Assembly: GCA_025054875.1 (NCBI GenBank)
Contig: JANWYS010000003.1
Coordinates: forward strand, 2,862 to 66,861
Origin: Cytophagaceae bacterium
GTDB lineage: Bacteria > Bacteroidota > Bacteroidia > Cytophagales > Cytophagaceae
Length of the DNA stretch: 64,000 nt
Direction of reading: 5' to 3'
Shown: piece after piece, positions 9,399 through 18,002 of the stretch
How positions within the stretch are numbered: position 1 is the stretch's first letter
How the letters are laid out: every line of letters starts with the position of its first letter
Made by a program: the position numbers and the translations under genes
Notes under the pieces: generated by a model
Told to the model about the DNA's origin: nothing
Databases searched by the model: none
What the model saw: only the letters and a program-made list of their open reading frames with translations

Positions 9399-10829
9399 TC
9401 AGTTAGTTTGTAGTTCAAGCATATATTTTGAAAATGCCAACAACTCTTGTTCTGCAAAAGATTTTGTCATTAGCTGTATGCCTATGGGCAAGCCATTTGA
9501 ATCGCAACCGTTAGGTATGGATATTGCTGGCAGTCCACAAAGATTTGCTTGTACAGTGAATAGGTCTGCCAAGTACATTGACAACGGATCACCTTCATGC
9601 TCTCCAATTTTAAAGGCAACCGTTGTAGTGGTAGGAGTAATGAAGAAATCGTATTGACTCAGGATACGGTCTGTTTCTTCCTTAATCAATCTTCTTACTT
9701 TCTGGGCTTTGGTATAGTAGGCATCATAGTACCCCGCACTGAGAACAAATGTGCCCAGCATAATTCTTTTTTTCACCTCCTTACCAAAACCTTGCGAACG
9801 TGTTTTTTTGTACAAACTTACCATATCTGTAGCCCCCTCTGCTCTGTATCCGTAGCGTACACCATCGTATCTCGACAGGTTAGAGCTGGCTTCTGCAGTG
9901 GTGAGGATGTAATAAGTGGGCAGTATGTAATCGAGCAACTTAAATTGCACGGGCTCAACAATATGGCCTTGCTTTTTCAGAAGTTCCAGTGCCTTGAGCG
10001 TGTGTTTTTTAATTTCATCGCTCACACCTTTACTCTCAACGCTTTCGCGCAGATACCCTATTTTATACTTTTTTGATGTTTTGAGCATCTTTGTATACTC
10101 AGGAACTTCTCTTGAAGATACCGTAGAGTCATAATCATCTCTGCCGGCTACCACTTCCAGCAATAACGCTGCATCTTCAATGCTGCGAGTTATGATGCCT
10201 ATACAATCGAAAGAAGAAGCATAGGCGATAAGCCCATACCGCGATATGCGGGAATAAGTGGGTTTTAACCCTATGATTCCACAAAAGGCTGCTGGTTGCC
10301 GCACGGAGCCTCCTGTGTCAGAGCCTAATGAAGCCAAACATAAATCAGCCTGTACAGCCGCTGCCGAACCTCCTGAAGACCCACCCGGCACACGGCTATT
10401 GTCAACATCGTTGAGTACAGGGCCAAATGCCGAATTTTCGTTTGACGAACCCATTGCAAACTCATCACAATTCTGACGGCCTATAATGATAGCATCTTCA
10501 TCTATCAAGCGCTGCACGGCTGTGGCGTTAAATTTCGATTTAAAACCATCTAATATCTTGCTGGAAGCTTGCAGTCTATGGTCTTTGTGGCATAATACAT
10601 CTTTAAGTCCTACCACCATACCGGCCAGGCGGCCTGCCTTGCCGGCTGCTATTTTCTTATCTATTTCTTCAGCTTTTGCTAATGCCTCTTGTTCGTACAC
10701 CTCTAAAAAGGCATTCAGTGATGATTTTTTTTTGATGTTGCTCAGATAATATCGGGTGAGTTCAACGCAAGATGTTTTTCCTGCATCTATATCTTCCCTG
10801 ATTTCTTGTAATGAGTGATAGCGTTTCAA
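9399..10829 (-). CDS. gatA: Asp-tRNA(Asn)/Glu-tRNA(Gln) amidotransferase subunit A
   Basis: Amidase signature GGSSGGSAAAV...GSDTGGSVRQPA. Size of 476 aa and N-terminal pattern are typical of GatA. Confidence 0.9.
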   Translation of the reverse strand: MKRYHSLQEIREDIDAGKTSCVELTRYYLSNIKKKSSLNAFLEVYEQEALAKAEEIDKKIAAGKAGRLAGMVVGLKDVLCHKDHRLQASSKILDGFKSKFNATAVQRLIDEDAIIIGRQNCDEFAMGSSNENSAFGPVLNDVDNSRVPGGSSGGSAAAVQADLCLASLGSDTGGSVRQPAAFCGIIGLKPTYSRISRYGLIAYASSFDCIGIITRSIEDAALLLEVVAGRDDYDSTVSSREVPEYTKMLKTSKKYKIGYLRESVESKGVSDEIKKHTLKALELLKKQGHIVEPVQFKLLDYILPTYYILTTAEASSNLSRYDGVRYGYRAEGATDMVSLYKKTRSQGFGKEVKKRIMLGTFVLSAGYYDAYYTKAQKVRRLIKEETDRILSQYDFFITPTTTTVAFKIGEHEGDPLSMYLADLFTVQANLCGLPAISIPNGCDSNGLPIGIQLMTKSFAEQELLAFSKYMLELQTN

Positions 10830-10833
10830 GAAA

Positions 10834-11034
10834 CTACGAATTTTTAGATTCTTCCAACCCCTTGTTCACCTCGTCTTTTATTTCTTTAGTAGCGTCTTTA
10901 AATTCGCGTATGCCGCGTCCCATACCTCTTGCTAACTCCGGTATTTTCTTGGCTCCGAAAAGTAACAATAACACAAGCACGATGAGAAACAACTCTTGCG
11001 GACCCATTCCTAAAAACAACAGTATTTTTTCCAT
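10834..11034 (-). CDS. tatA: twin-arginine translocase subunit TatA/E
   Basis: 66 aa with an N-terminal TM helix followed by [17 protein letters not shown] and an amphipathic helix. Confidence 0.85.
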   Translation of the reverse strand: MEKILLFLGMGPQELFLIVLVLLLLFGAKKIPELARGMGRGIREFKDATKEIKDEVNKGLEESKNS

Positions 11035-11330
11035 AATGTAATAATTTATATTTACAAAGATAAGGAAATATTGTCAGGGCTGCAACTTGACAGATGAAGA
11101 TTCTACCCCTTAAAAATTTACTTTTCAAATTGTTCATTCCATCTGTAACTGCTTTTGGTTGTATAATCTCGTATACCAACCGATGCATATCATCAAACAC
11201 CTCTTTCAAATCCTCATTACATCGTCTCTGACACACAAAAATGGTATAAAAAATCCAGCAAGGATGAAGCTGAAACTTTAAGAAAGTTACCTATTTCGAA
11301 AAATTCAGAAAAGCACATTTTAACTGAGTC

Positions 11331-11613
11331 TGCGCATTTAGCGGAGAAGTGTGTGGAATGTTTTTTCATGCAGGGCGCGCCCCTGTGGGGCCGGGCTGTC
11401 CGCCACTCCGCTCTCGCTTCGGTGCTCCGCTAAAGCTCCGCACTGGCCGTGCCGGCCATGGCTCCCATCCCTCGCGCAAAGTTCTCTCGAGCTTTTTCAG
11501 ATTAGTAAGAAAATGTGAGAAAATTCGACGAAATCCGGGCGCCGCCCTTTAGGGCGGCGCCCGGAACTAAATCTTTCAAGAAAAAAACCACCCCATCGTC
11601 CTTTGCCATTGAG
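11331..11613 (+). repeat. GC-rich structured intergenic repeat, copy A
   Basis: About 280 bp with a core far more GC-rich than the flanking sequence. Near-identical to 22926-23197 and, with an insert, to 57930-58290. Contains hairpin TGGCCG-tgc-CGGCCA (11444-11458) and a 13-bp GC hairpin CCGGGCGCCGCCC-ttta-GGGCGGCGCCCGG (11535-11564). Confidence 0.9.
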
Positions 11614-11618
11614 GTTAG

Positions 11619-11640
11619 AATGAATATAACACAAATTTAA
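11619..11640 (+). promoter_or_regulatory. Pho-box-like 11-bp-periodic motif upstream of the PhoX-like gene
   Basis: AATATAACACAAATTTAA (11623-11640) matches 16/18 with 2610-2627 upstream of pstS. Lies 88-105 bp upstream of the 11728 start, in the same orientation. Confidence 0.3.
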
Positions 11641-11727
11641 CTTGTCCTTTCAGCCTAAGATATATTCATTAGCGTATTTTGTAGCGGAAACAAACACTGA
11701 ATCACAATTACAGCATCTGTACTGTTT

Positions 11728-13590
11728 GTGTCAATTACATCATGTATACCATGGTTTTGCCATGCCCAAACTATTGGTACATTTACTTCAGTTAATCCTA
11801 ACGGAAGAAACCAATTACTAAACATACCTTCTACTCATAAGTTTCAACGCATTACGCGAACTGGAAACAGTTTGACATTTGGAGGTACCCTTGGAAGCAC
11901 ACTTGACTTTACAGGATATATCCCTAAGTCTGGCAGCAGCAGCAATGGGTACTTATCCATAAGTTCAGAAACTACTCCGGCTGCATGTGCCATATTTGAT
12001 ATAACCTTAAATGGTGCCACGGGACTTTGGGGTATCAACACTTCTGGCAACGTCAACTTTACTGGTTTTGGCAGCACATCAAGATTTTGCTCCGGTGGCG
12101 TTATGCCTTGGGGTACAGTGGTGGTATCTGAGGAAAGTTTCACCACCGGCGATGCAAACGGCGATGGTTATCAAGATGTAGGTTGGCATATAGAGATAGA
12201 CCCCGCAACGCGCACGGTAGTGCCCAAAGATGGCACCGGATTCGGTGGCAATGATAAAGCTTGGGCTATGGGCAGAATGACTCATGAAAATATATGTGTT
12301 CGTAGTGATCAGAAAACTTTCTATTATGGTGTAGATGACGGAACTTATGGCTTTATATTCAAATTCGTAGCAACTAACCCTGCAAATATGAGCAGTGGTA
12401 CACTCTACGTGCTGGATATGGATGGTACTCCCGGCACCACGGGAGTGTGGGATGTAGTACCCAACACTACAAAAGCTGAACGCAATAATGCGATGACTAC
12501 TGCTAATTCATTGGGAGGGTACAATTTTGATGGTGTGGAAGATGTGGAGATAGGCCCCGACGGCAAGGTATATTTTACTTCAAAAAACACAGGCAGAATA
12601 TATCGCTTCAGAGATCTTGGCGCTACGGTAGACCAGTTTGAAACATATGTACAAAATTTGAATTACGACGTAGATGGCCCAGGGCCTTTCCCTCCTGAAG
12701 CATGGGGTACCGGAAACGATAACTTAGCATTTGACGGAGAAGGCAACCTGTGGGTACTGCAAGATGGGGGAGAAGACCATATATGGGTGGTTGGAGCTTC
12801 TCATGTGCCTACCGGACCTCACAACGTGCGTTTGTTTGCCACTACGCCTGATGGGTGTGAACCCACAGGCATTACGTTCACTCCAGACCATAGGTATTTG
12901 TTTGTTTCTTTTCAAAATCCAAATGCTACTAATACTGCTTCTCAAACTGATGCAGCAGGAGCTTCCGTTGTGTTTAATACCAGTACTACTGTAGTTATCG
13001 CAAGAGGTGAGTTTTTAGGAGTACCTTTACCCGTTGAATGGAGCAGTTTTGATGTTTCTATGGTCAATCAGGGAGTGGGAGTGGCTTTGCAATGGTCAAC
13101 CACAGCGGAGAGAAATAACAATTTATTTGAAATAGAGCGTAGCGAAAACGGTTTGCAATTTGAAAAAATTGGAGAAGTAAAAGCTGTAGGCAATACTAAT
13201 GAAATAAGCGCTTACGAATTTATTGATAAAAAAATTCCAACAGCTGATAACATCTATTACCGATTGAAACAAGTAGACAACAATGGGGTATACAGCTACT
13301 CAGCCGTACGTCAGATTTCGCCAAATAATCTGGCGTCATTGAAAATAAATACTCTATTCCCTAATCCTGTCACTCATGAAGTACAACTCGAAGTATCGTC
13401 TGATAAAGATGAAAAAGTTAAAGTTGAGATATGTGATATGGAGGGAAAATTAGTAATGGCGTTTTTTGTAGATATGAAAAAAGGCAACAACAAATTTTCC
13501 ATAAAAGCAGATGAATTGAAGGCAGGAATATATTCACTTACTCTTACCGGCACCAATCATAAGGAATCACGTGTTTTTATAAAAAAGTAA
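11728..13590 (+). CDS. PhoX-like (DUF839) beta-propeller phosphatase with T9SS C-terminal sorting domain
   Basis: DUF839/PhoX-like blocks (..FIFKFVATNP..., GPDGKVYFTSKNTG, NLAFDGEGNLWVLQDG, FTPDHRYLFVSFQNP) and a C-terminal Por-secretion tail (LFPNPVTHEVQLEV...GIYSLTLTG). The start is uncertain: there is no in-frame ATG, and GTG 11728 sits inside a hydrophobic leader. Confidence 0.75.
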   Translation: MSITSCIPWFCHAQTIGTFTSVNPNGRNQLLNIPSTHKFQRITRTGNSLTFGGTLGSTLDFTGYIPKSGSSSNGYLSISSETTPAACAIFDITLNGATGLWGINTSGNVNFTGFGSTSRFCSGGVMPWGTVVVSEESFTTGDANGDGYQDVGWHIEIDPATRTVVPKDGTGFGGNDKAWAMGRMTHENICVRSDQKTFYYGVDDGTYGFIFKFVATNPANMSSGTLYVLDMDGTPGTTGVWDVVPNTTKAERNNAMTTANSLGGYNFDGVEDVEIGPDGKVYFTSKNTGRIYRFRDLGATVDQFETYVQNLNYDVDGPGPFPPEAWGTGNDNLAFDGEGNLWVLQDGGEDHIWVVGASHVPTGPHNVRLFATTPDGCEPTGITFTPDHRYLFVSFQNPNATNTASQTDAAGASVVFNTSTTVVIARGEFLGVPLPVEWSSFDVSMVNQGVGVALQWSTTAERNNNLFEIERSENGLQFEKIGEVKAVGNTNEISAYEFIDKKIPTADNIYYRLKQVDNNGVYSYSAVRQISPNNLASLKINTLFPNPVTHEVQLEVSSDKDEKVKVEICDMEGKLVMAFFVDMKKGNNKFSIKADELKAGIYSLTLTGTNHKESRVFIKK

Positions 13591-13621
13591 GAAATTAATT
13601 CACAAGATGGATTATGAATTC

Positions 13622-13657
13622 ATGCCACACATCACTGTGCACCGTAATGTGTGGCAT
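13622..13657 (+). terminator. hairpin downstream of the PhoX-like gene
   Basis: An 11-bp perfect stem ATGCCACACAT / ATGTGTGGCAT with a 14-nt loop. T-rich sequence follows about 10 nt later, so it is not a textbook terminator. Confidence 0.4.
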
Positions 13658-13823
13658 GTGTAAAAGGTTTTATTTATCGTCAGTAGAAGCCAAAAATTTT
13701 CGTTCCCAAAAACTCTGTAGTTGAATTTAGAAAGATGGCCAATACTAATTTTGACAACTTCAGATTTACATATCCACATAAAAATGTAAATTGCGTAATG
13801 ACAGGGTTGATATTCATACATAA

Positions 13824-15161
13824 ATGTATTTACGCAAGCACGTTTTTTTCTTATCGTTGAGTACACTCTTTACTACTTTAGTTCTTGCTCAAGGGCAAGT
13901 ACTCGATAGAATAATAGCAAAGGTTGATAACCATATAGTGCTTCAATCAGAGCTTGATTTAGCATACGCACAATTTGTGGCCTCTTATGACGGCCTTTTG
14001 CCGGACGATACACGCTGTCGTGTGTTGGAAACACTTATCATCAATAAGGTACTTTTAGCCAAAGCAGAAATAGATTCTGTGGTAGTAGACCGCCAACAGG
14101 TAGATGAGCAGCTGAATCGAAGAATGGACTATTTTATAGCTCAAATAGGCTCTGCCCAGCGTCTTGAAGAATACTACGGAAAAACAATAGATGAACTCAA
14201 AGCAGATCTTCGTAAGCAGGTAAAGGAACAAATGATAATACAAAAAATGCAGGAGAACATAACCGGTAAAATAAAAGCCACTCCGGCCGAAGTAAAGAAG
14301 TTTTACAACGATATCCCCAAAGATAGTCTTCCATTCTTTTCTACAGAAGTAGAAGTAGGACAAATCGTAAAAAAAGCTATCATAAACGATGAACAAAAGA
14401 GAGAAGCAAGAAGGAAATTAACAGAAATAAAATTACGTATTCTCAATGGCGAGGATTTTTGCAACTTTACCATATATTCCGAAGATCCGGTATCGGCAAA
14501 AAAATGCGGTGAATTAGGATTCTTCAAAAAGGGTGAGTTAGTACCAGCCTATGAAGCGGCAGCCCTGAAATTAAAGCCGGGAGAAATATCTGATGTAGTG
14601 GAGACGGAGTTCGGATTCCATCTTATACAACTCATTGAGCGTCGAGGTCTCGAATACAATACGAGGCACATTCTCATAAAAGCTAATTCATCAAAAAAAG
14701 ACATCAACGCTTCTATCCAGTTTCTGGATGACCTGCGCAAAAAAATTTTAGCCGACAGTATAAGCTTCGAAAAAGCTGCACGCGAATACTCTGACGATAA
14801 AGTAACCAGTGCAAACGGAGGATGGTTTCAAGACCCCAATACAGGCGACATTCGCATACCCATGGAAAATATAGATTCAGACATATTTTTTATAATTGAT
14901 ACTATGAAGGTTGGAACAATTTCTCCTCCCATAACTTTTAAACTGCCGGGCGGTGAGGACGCCGTGCGATTGGTTTATTACAAACTAAAATTACCACCTC
15001 ACCAAGCCAATCTGAAAGACGACTATCAGAAAATCTACAAGGCTTGTCTTGAAGAGAAAAAAAACAATGCCATTAATCAATGGTTTGATAAAACAAAATC
15101 CGAAGTTTTTATTGAAATAAATCCCGATTACAAAAATTGTCCTATATTAGAAACACAGTAG
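13824..15161 (+). CDS. SurA-like periplasmic chaperone / PpiC-type peptidyl-prolyl isomerase
   Basis: Signal peptide, SurA N-terminal-like region, and parvulin motifs (FGFHLIQL). Confidence 0.8.
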   Translation: MYLRKHVFFLSLSTLFTTLVLAQGQVLDRIIAKVDNHIVLQSELDLAYAQFVASYDGLLPDDTRCRVLETLIINKVLLAKAEIDSVVVDRQQVDEQLNRRMDYFIAQIGSAQRLEEYYGKTIDELKADLRKQVKEQMIIQKMQENITGKIKATPAEVKKFYNDIPKDSLPFFSTEVEVGQIVKKAIINDEQKREARRKLTEIKLRILNGEDFCNFTIYSEDPVSAKKCGELGFFKKGELVPAYEAAALKLKPGEISDVVETEFGFHLIQLIERRGLEYNTRHILIKANSSKKDINASIQFLDDLRKKILADSISFEKAAREYSDDKVTSANGGWFQDPNTGDIRIPMENIDSDIFFIIDTMKVGTISPPITFKLPGGEDAVRLVYYKLKLPPHQANLKDDYQKIYKACLEEKKNNAINQWFDKTKSEVFIEINPDYKNCPILETQ

Positions 15162-15168
15162 ATGATTT

Positions 15169-16134
15169 ATGGAAACATTAAAAAATGATGTTGAAACAGC
15201 AAACGAACTTTTTGAGAAATATTCTCAATTGAAAAAGGAAATATCAAAAGTAATTATCGGGCAAGAAGAGATTATCCGGCTGGTGCTTACGGCTATATTT
15301 TGTCAAGGGCATTGCCTGCTGGTTGGCGTACCAGGATTAGCAAAGACACTTTTGATTAATACCATCTCATCCGCACTAAATCTTCAATTCAAGCGTATCC
15401 AGTTTACTCCTGACCTAATGCCCTCTGATATATTGGGATCTGAAACGCTTGATATAAACCGGAATTTCAAATTTGTAAAGGGACCGATTTTTGCAAACAT
15501 CATACTTGCCGATGAGATAAACCGTACTCCACCCAAAACTCAATCTGCTCTGTTGGAAGCTATGCAAGAGCATTCTGTAACTATTGCCGGACAAATCTAT
15601 TCATTAGATAAACCTTTTTTTGTACTTGCTACTCAAAACCCAATTGAGCAAGAAGGCACTTATCCACTTCCCGAAGCTCAACTCGACCGCTTCATGTTTA
15701 ACCTCAAAGTTGAATATCCTACCTACCGTGAAGAAGTAGAAGTGGTAAAGAGAACAACTTCTCAGAATCATACTTCTGTACAACCGGTCTTGAATGCCGA
15801 ACAGATTATCAGTTTTCAAAGACTGGTTCGCAATGTACCCGTAGCCGACAACGTGATAGAATACGCTGTATCGTTGGTAAACAAAACACGACCTCATACC
15901 GCTAATGCTTCTCCGTTAGCCACGCAATATCTGGAGTGGGGGGCAGGCCCAAGAGCCTCTCAATTCCTTGTTCTCGGCGCTAAATGTAACGCCCTGTTGA
16001 ACGGCAAATATTCTCCTGATGTGGAAGATGTTCAGTCTATAGCCAAGCCAGTGCTCAGGCATAGAATAGTGCGTAACTTTAAAGCTGAAGCAGAAGGTAT
16101 CACTGTGGATGAAATCATAGACAAGTTGTTATAA
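15169..16134 (+). CDS. MoxR-family AAA+ ATPase
   Basis: Walker A GVPGLAKT, Walker B ILADEINR, and the MoxR block LLEAMQE..VT. 321 aa. Confidence 0.9.
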   Translation: METLKNDVETANELFEKYSQLKKEISKVIIGQEEIIRLVLTAIFCQGHCLLVGVPGLAKTLLINTISSALNLQFKRIQFTPDLMPSDILGSETLDINRNFKFVKGPIFANIILADEINRTPPKTQSALLEAMQEHSVTIAGQIYSLDKPFFVLATQNPIEQEGTYPLPEAQLDRFMFNLKVEYPTYREEVEVVKRTTSQNHTSVQPVLNAEQIISFQRLVRNVPVADNVIEYAVSLVNKTRPHTANASPLATQYLEWGAGPRASQFLVLGAKCNALLNGKYSPDVEDVQSIAKPVLRHRIVRNFKAEAEGITVDEIIDKLL

Positions 16135-16443
16135 CAAGCAGGAAAGTGAAATTAATCCCATTTTATACAGTAGAAAAAATTTGAATTCGTAAAACTACAG
16201 AAGTTGCTACGGATGAATGGATTGGTAAGAGACATTGGCAAATGTCTATGCATTAGTAAGAGTTCATCGAAATTCGGACAACCATGCTTCTATTTGCATA
16301 AAACGGGTTAAAACGGATGGGCAAAAGCTAATCAATTTAGTGTTCCTCGTTATCGCAATGAAATGATGTGCCTTTATTCAATCTGGCTTTTTTATATTGT
16401 AAAACTAAAGAACGATACGTTTTTGCACTACAAACTTTAGAGA

Positions 16444-16590
16444 GGCTGTAGGGGAAGGAGTCGAACCTCCAAGGGGCAGTTAGCCACAGGACAAGAATTA
16501 ATTTTTGTGGTCAACCCAATATCCTGCGTTTATCCCGTTATCCCCACCCTCGAGACAGGAGGGCATGGCTGCCAGTTTCATCACCCTACA
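16444..16590 (-). ncRNA. tRNA-Asp(GUC)-like RNA with a 76-nt variable region (unclassified tRNA-like gene)
   Basis: A 7-bp acceptor stem pairs TGTAGGG with CCCTACA. U8 is present, and A14, G18G19 and A21 sit at canonical spacing. The anticodon arm is CCCTC-CTGTCTC-GAGGG and the T arm is GGAGG-TTCGACT-CCTTC. Discriminator G is followed by CC. A 76-nt insert lies between the anticodon and T arms. Confidence 0.6.
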
Positions 16591-16622
16591 ATTAATTCAA
16601 TATTCCTCATGAATACCGGCAA

Positions 16623-16653
16623 CAAAAGTACGAAGCATTTCTGAGTATTCAAA
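16623..16653 (-). promoter_or_regulatory. Bacteroidota-type promoter match (TTTG-N19-TACTTTTG) upstream of the tRNA-like gene
   Basis: On the minus strand, TTTG (16653-16650) is followed by a 19-nt spacer and then TACTTTTG (16630-23). This fits the -33 TTTG / -7 TAnnTTTG consensus and ends about 32 nt before the predicted mature 5' end. Confidence 0.4.
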
Positions 16654-16737
16654 AAAAATCAATGAAATTTATTTTATATTGAATATTTCATAAAAAAACA
16701 CCATTTTAATTGAAAAAATATTAAAACAACAGACCTT

Positions 16738-17202
16738 ATGGCTGCGGATAATTATCAGATTGACAACACAGATATGCAGATACTTCGCTGTCTGATGAAA
16801 GATGCCACCACGCCTTACACTGATATTGCCAAACAGCTCAATGTATCGGGAGGAACTGTACATGTGCGAATGAAAAAACTAATGGATGCCGGCATCGTCA
16901 AAGGAGCTACTCTAAACATTGATTACACAAAGCTTGGGTATGATATTACGGCATTTATAGGCATATATCTTGAGAAAAGTTCTTTTTACGATCGGGCAGC
17001 TAAAGATTTGGCCAAGATACCCGAAGTAATTAATGTGCATTATACCACAGGCAACTACAGTATGTTTGCGAAAATTATCTGCAAAGACACCAATCACCTA
17101 CGCCAGGTGCTGCACGACAAAATTCAAAAAGTAAGCGGCATAGAACGTACGGAAACACTCATTTCATTGGAAGAAACTATTAATAGAAATATAAAGTTGT
17201 AA
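16738..17202 (+). CDS. Lrp/AsnC-family transcriptional regulator
   Basis: N-terminal HTH (DNTDMQILRCLMKDATTPYTDIAKQLNVSGGTVHVRMKKL) plus a C-terminal RAM/AsnC_trans_reg domain. 154 aa. Confidence 0.9.
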   Translation: MAADNYQIDNTDMQILRCLMKDATTPYTDIAKQLNVSGGTVHVRMKKLMDAGIVKGATLNIDYTKLGYDITAFIGIYLEKSSFYDRAAKDLAKIPEVINVHYTTGNYSMFAKIICKDTNHLRQVLHDKIQKVSGIERTETLISLEETINRNIKL

Positions 17203-17411
17203 TAACAATGACACCTCACCTTCGCTGACAACATACCTTGCCATGCAATGCCTGTGTTGAATAGTCTTTCTGAAATTACTTTCTGTGATGTCCGGTATGA
17301 GCATTATGTATTTAGGTACGTTTCATGAAGGAGAGTCTTTGCTCTCAGAACTTCACTGGTTTGGTTCCATTGCATATCATAAGAAGACGTAAACTGTTGA
17401 GCGATGCTACT

Positions 17412-17984
17412 TCATATCCTCAGTATGGCTCTGAACCCTCGCGAGGCGTAGTACGATTCTGCACCATTGTGATAGGTGAAAACTTGATTATAGCGGCGGT
17501 CGCAAAATAGTGCGCCACCGAGTTTTCTGATGCTTTCAGGGGTAAATATCCAGCTGGAAGTTTTTGTATCAAAATTTCCTAAGGTTTGTAAATATCTGTA
17601 TTGATCTTCATTCAAAATTTCAGTACCCATATTGGTTGCCATCTCCATGGCACTGGTTTCAGGTTTGTTCTGTTTTCTGGATTTCAAGGCTGCATCATCA
17701 TAACATATACTACGCCTGCCTGATGGACTTTGCTCACTGCAATCAAAAAAAATAACTTCGTTTGTTTCTTTGTCAATGCCTACTACATCAGGTTCTCCGC
17801 CGGTGCGTTCCATTTCGCTAAGCGACCAAAGTTTTTCCGGATTTGAAAGTATTCTTTGCTCCACAAAACTCCACTCTATGTTCTTATGCCGGTTCATATT
17901 TTTTTCGAAGCGTTGTTTTATGGTATTTATGAGGCCTTGTGCGTCTATAATTTTCTTTGCGTTCATAAGAGGAGAACAATACAA
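17412..17984 (-). CDS. DUF4256-family protein
   Basis: Block NPEKLWSLSEMERTGGEPDVVG, recalled from DUF4256 proteins. The real start may be the Met at 17966. Confidence 0.55.
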   Translation of the reverse strand: MYCSPLMNAKKIIDAQGLINTIKQRFEKNMNRHKNIEWSFVEQRILSNPEKLWSLSEMERTGGEPDVVGIDKETNEVIFFDCSEQSPSGRRSICYDDAALKSRKQNKPETSAMEMATNMGTEILNEDQYRYLQTLGNFDTKTSSWIFTPESIRKLGGALFCDRRYNQVFTYHNGAESYYASRGFRAILRI

Positions 17985-18002
17985 ATGAATTTGCTAAGTG
18001 GC

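Noticed and set aside
10898-11236. 112-aa minus-strand ORF upstream of and overlapping tatA
   Set aside because: It overlaps tatA by 137 nt in another frame. Only the upstream 65 codons look protein-like, and I recognise no family or start context. It could be a gene relic, but I cannot support it.
11349-11552. ORFs running through the GC-rich repeats (11349-11552, 22849-23031, 23037-23390, 58012-58371, 58185-58367, 19872-20165, 20087-20353)
   Set aside because: They exist only because GC-rich sequence lacks stop codons. Their translations (GRAPVGPGCPPLRSRF...) are low-complexity, their frames differ between copies, and the copies are better explained as nucleotide-level repeats with hairpins.
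16157-16258. Short AT-rich motifs shared among spacers: CATTTTAT(A/G)C, (T/C)ATGCATTAG, TAAGAGACATTGGCAAA, and the 14-mer TTTGAATTCGTAAA at 16180 and 18715. They also occur near 7844, 19765, 19815, 23330 and 57920.
   Set aside because: A rough estimate gives on the order of ten chance exact 14-mer matches in 64 kb at this base composition. The matches are short and not collinear. They might be fragments of a mosaic repeat family, but this needs a genome-wide statistical test that I cannot run.
16444-16590. Alternative identities for the tRNA-like locus: tmRNA, tRNA-Sec, SRP (4.5S) RNA, or a group I intron-containing tRNA
   Set aside because: tmRNA is ruled out because there is no GGGG(C/U)UG 5' end, no G3:U70, and the locus is far too short. 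tRNA-Sec is ruled out because the RNA contains no UCA triplet at all and the acceptor is 7 bp, not 8. SRP RNA is ruled out because the GGAAG/AGCAG domain IV motifs are missing. A group I intron is ruled out because the insert is only 76 nt and lies in the variable region, not the anticodon loop.
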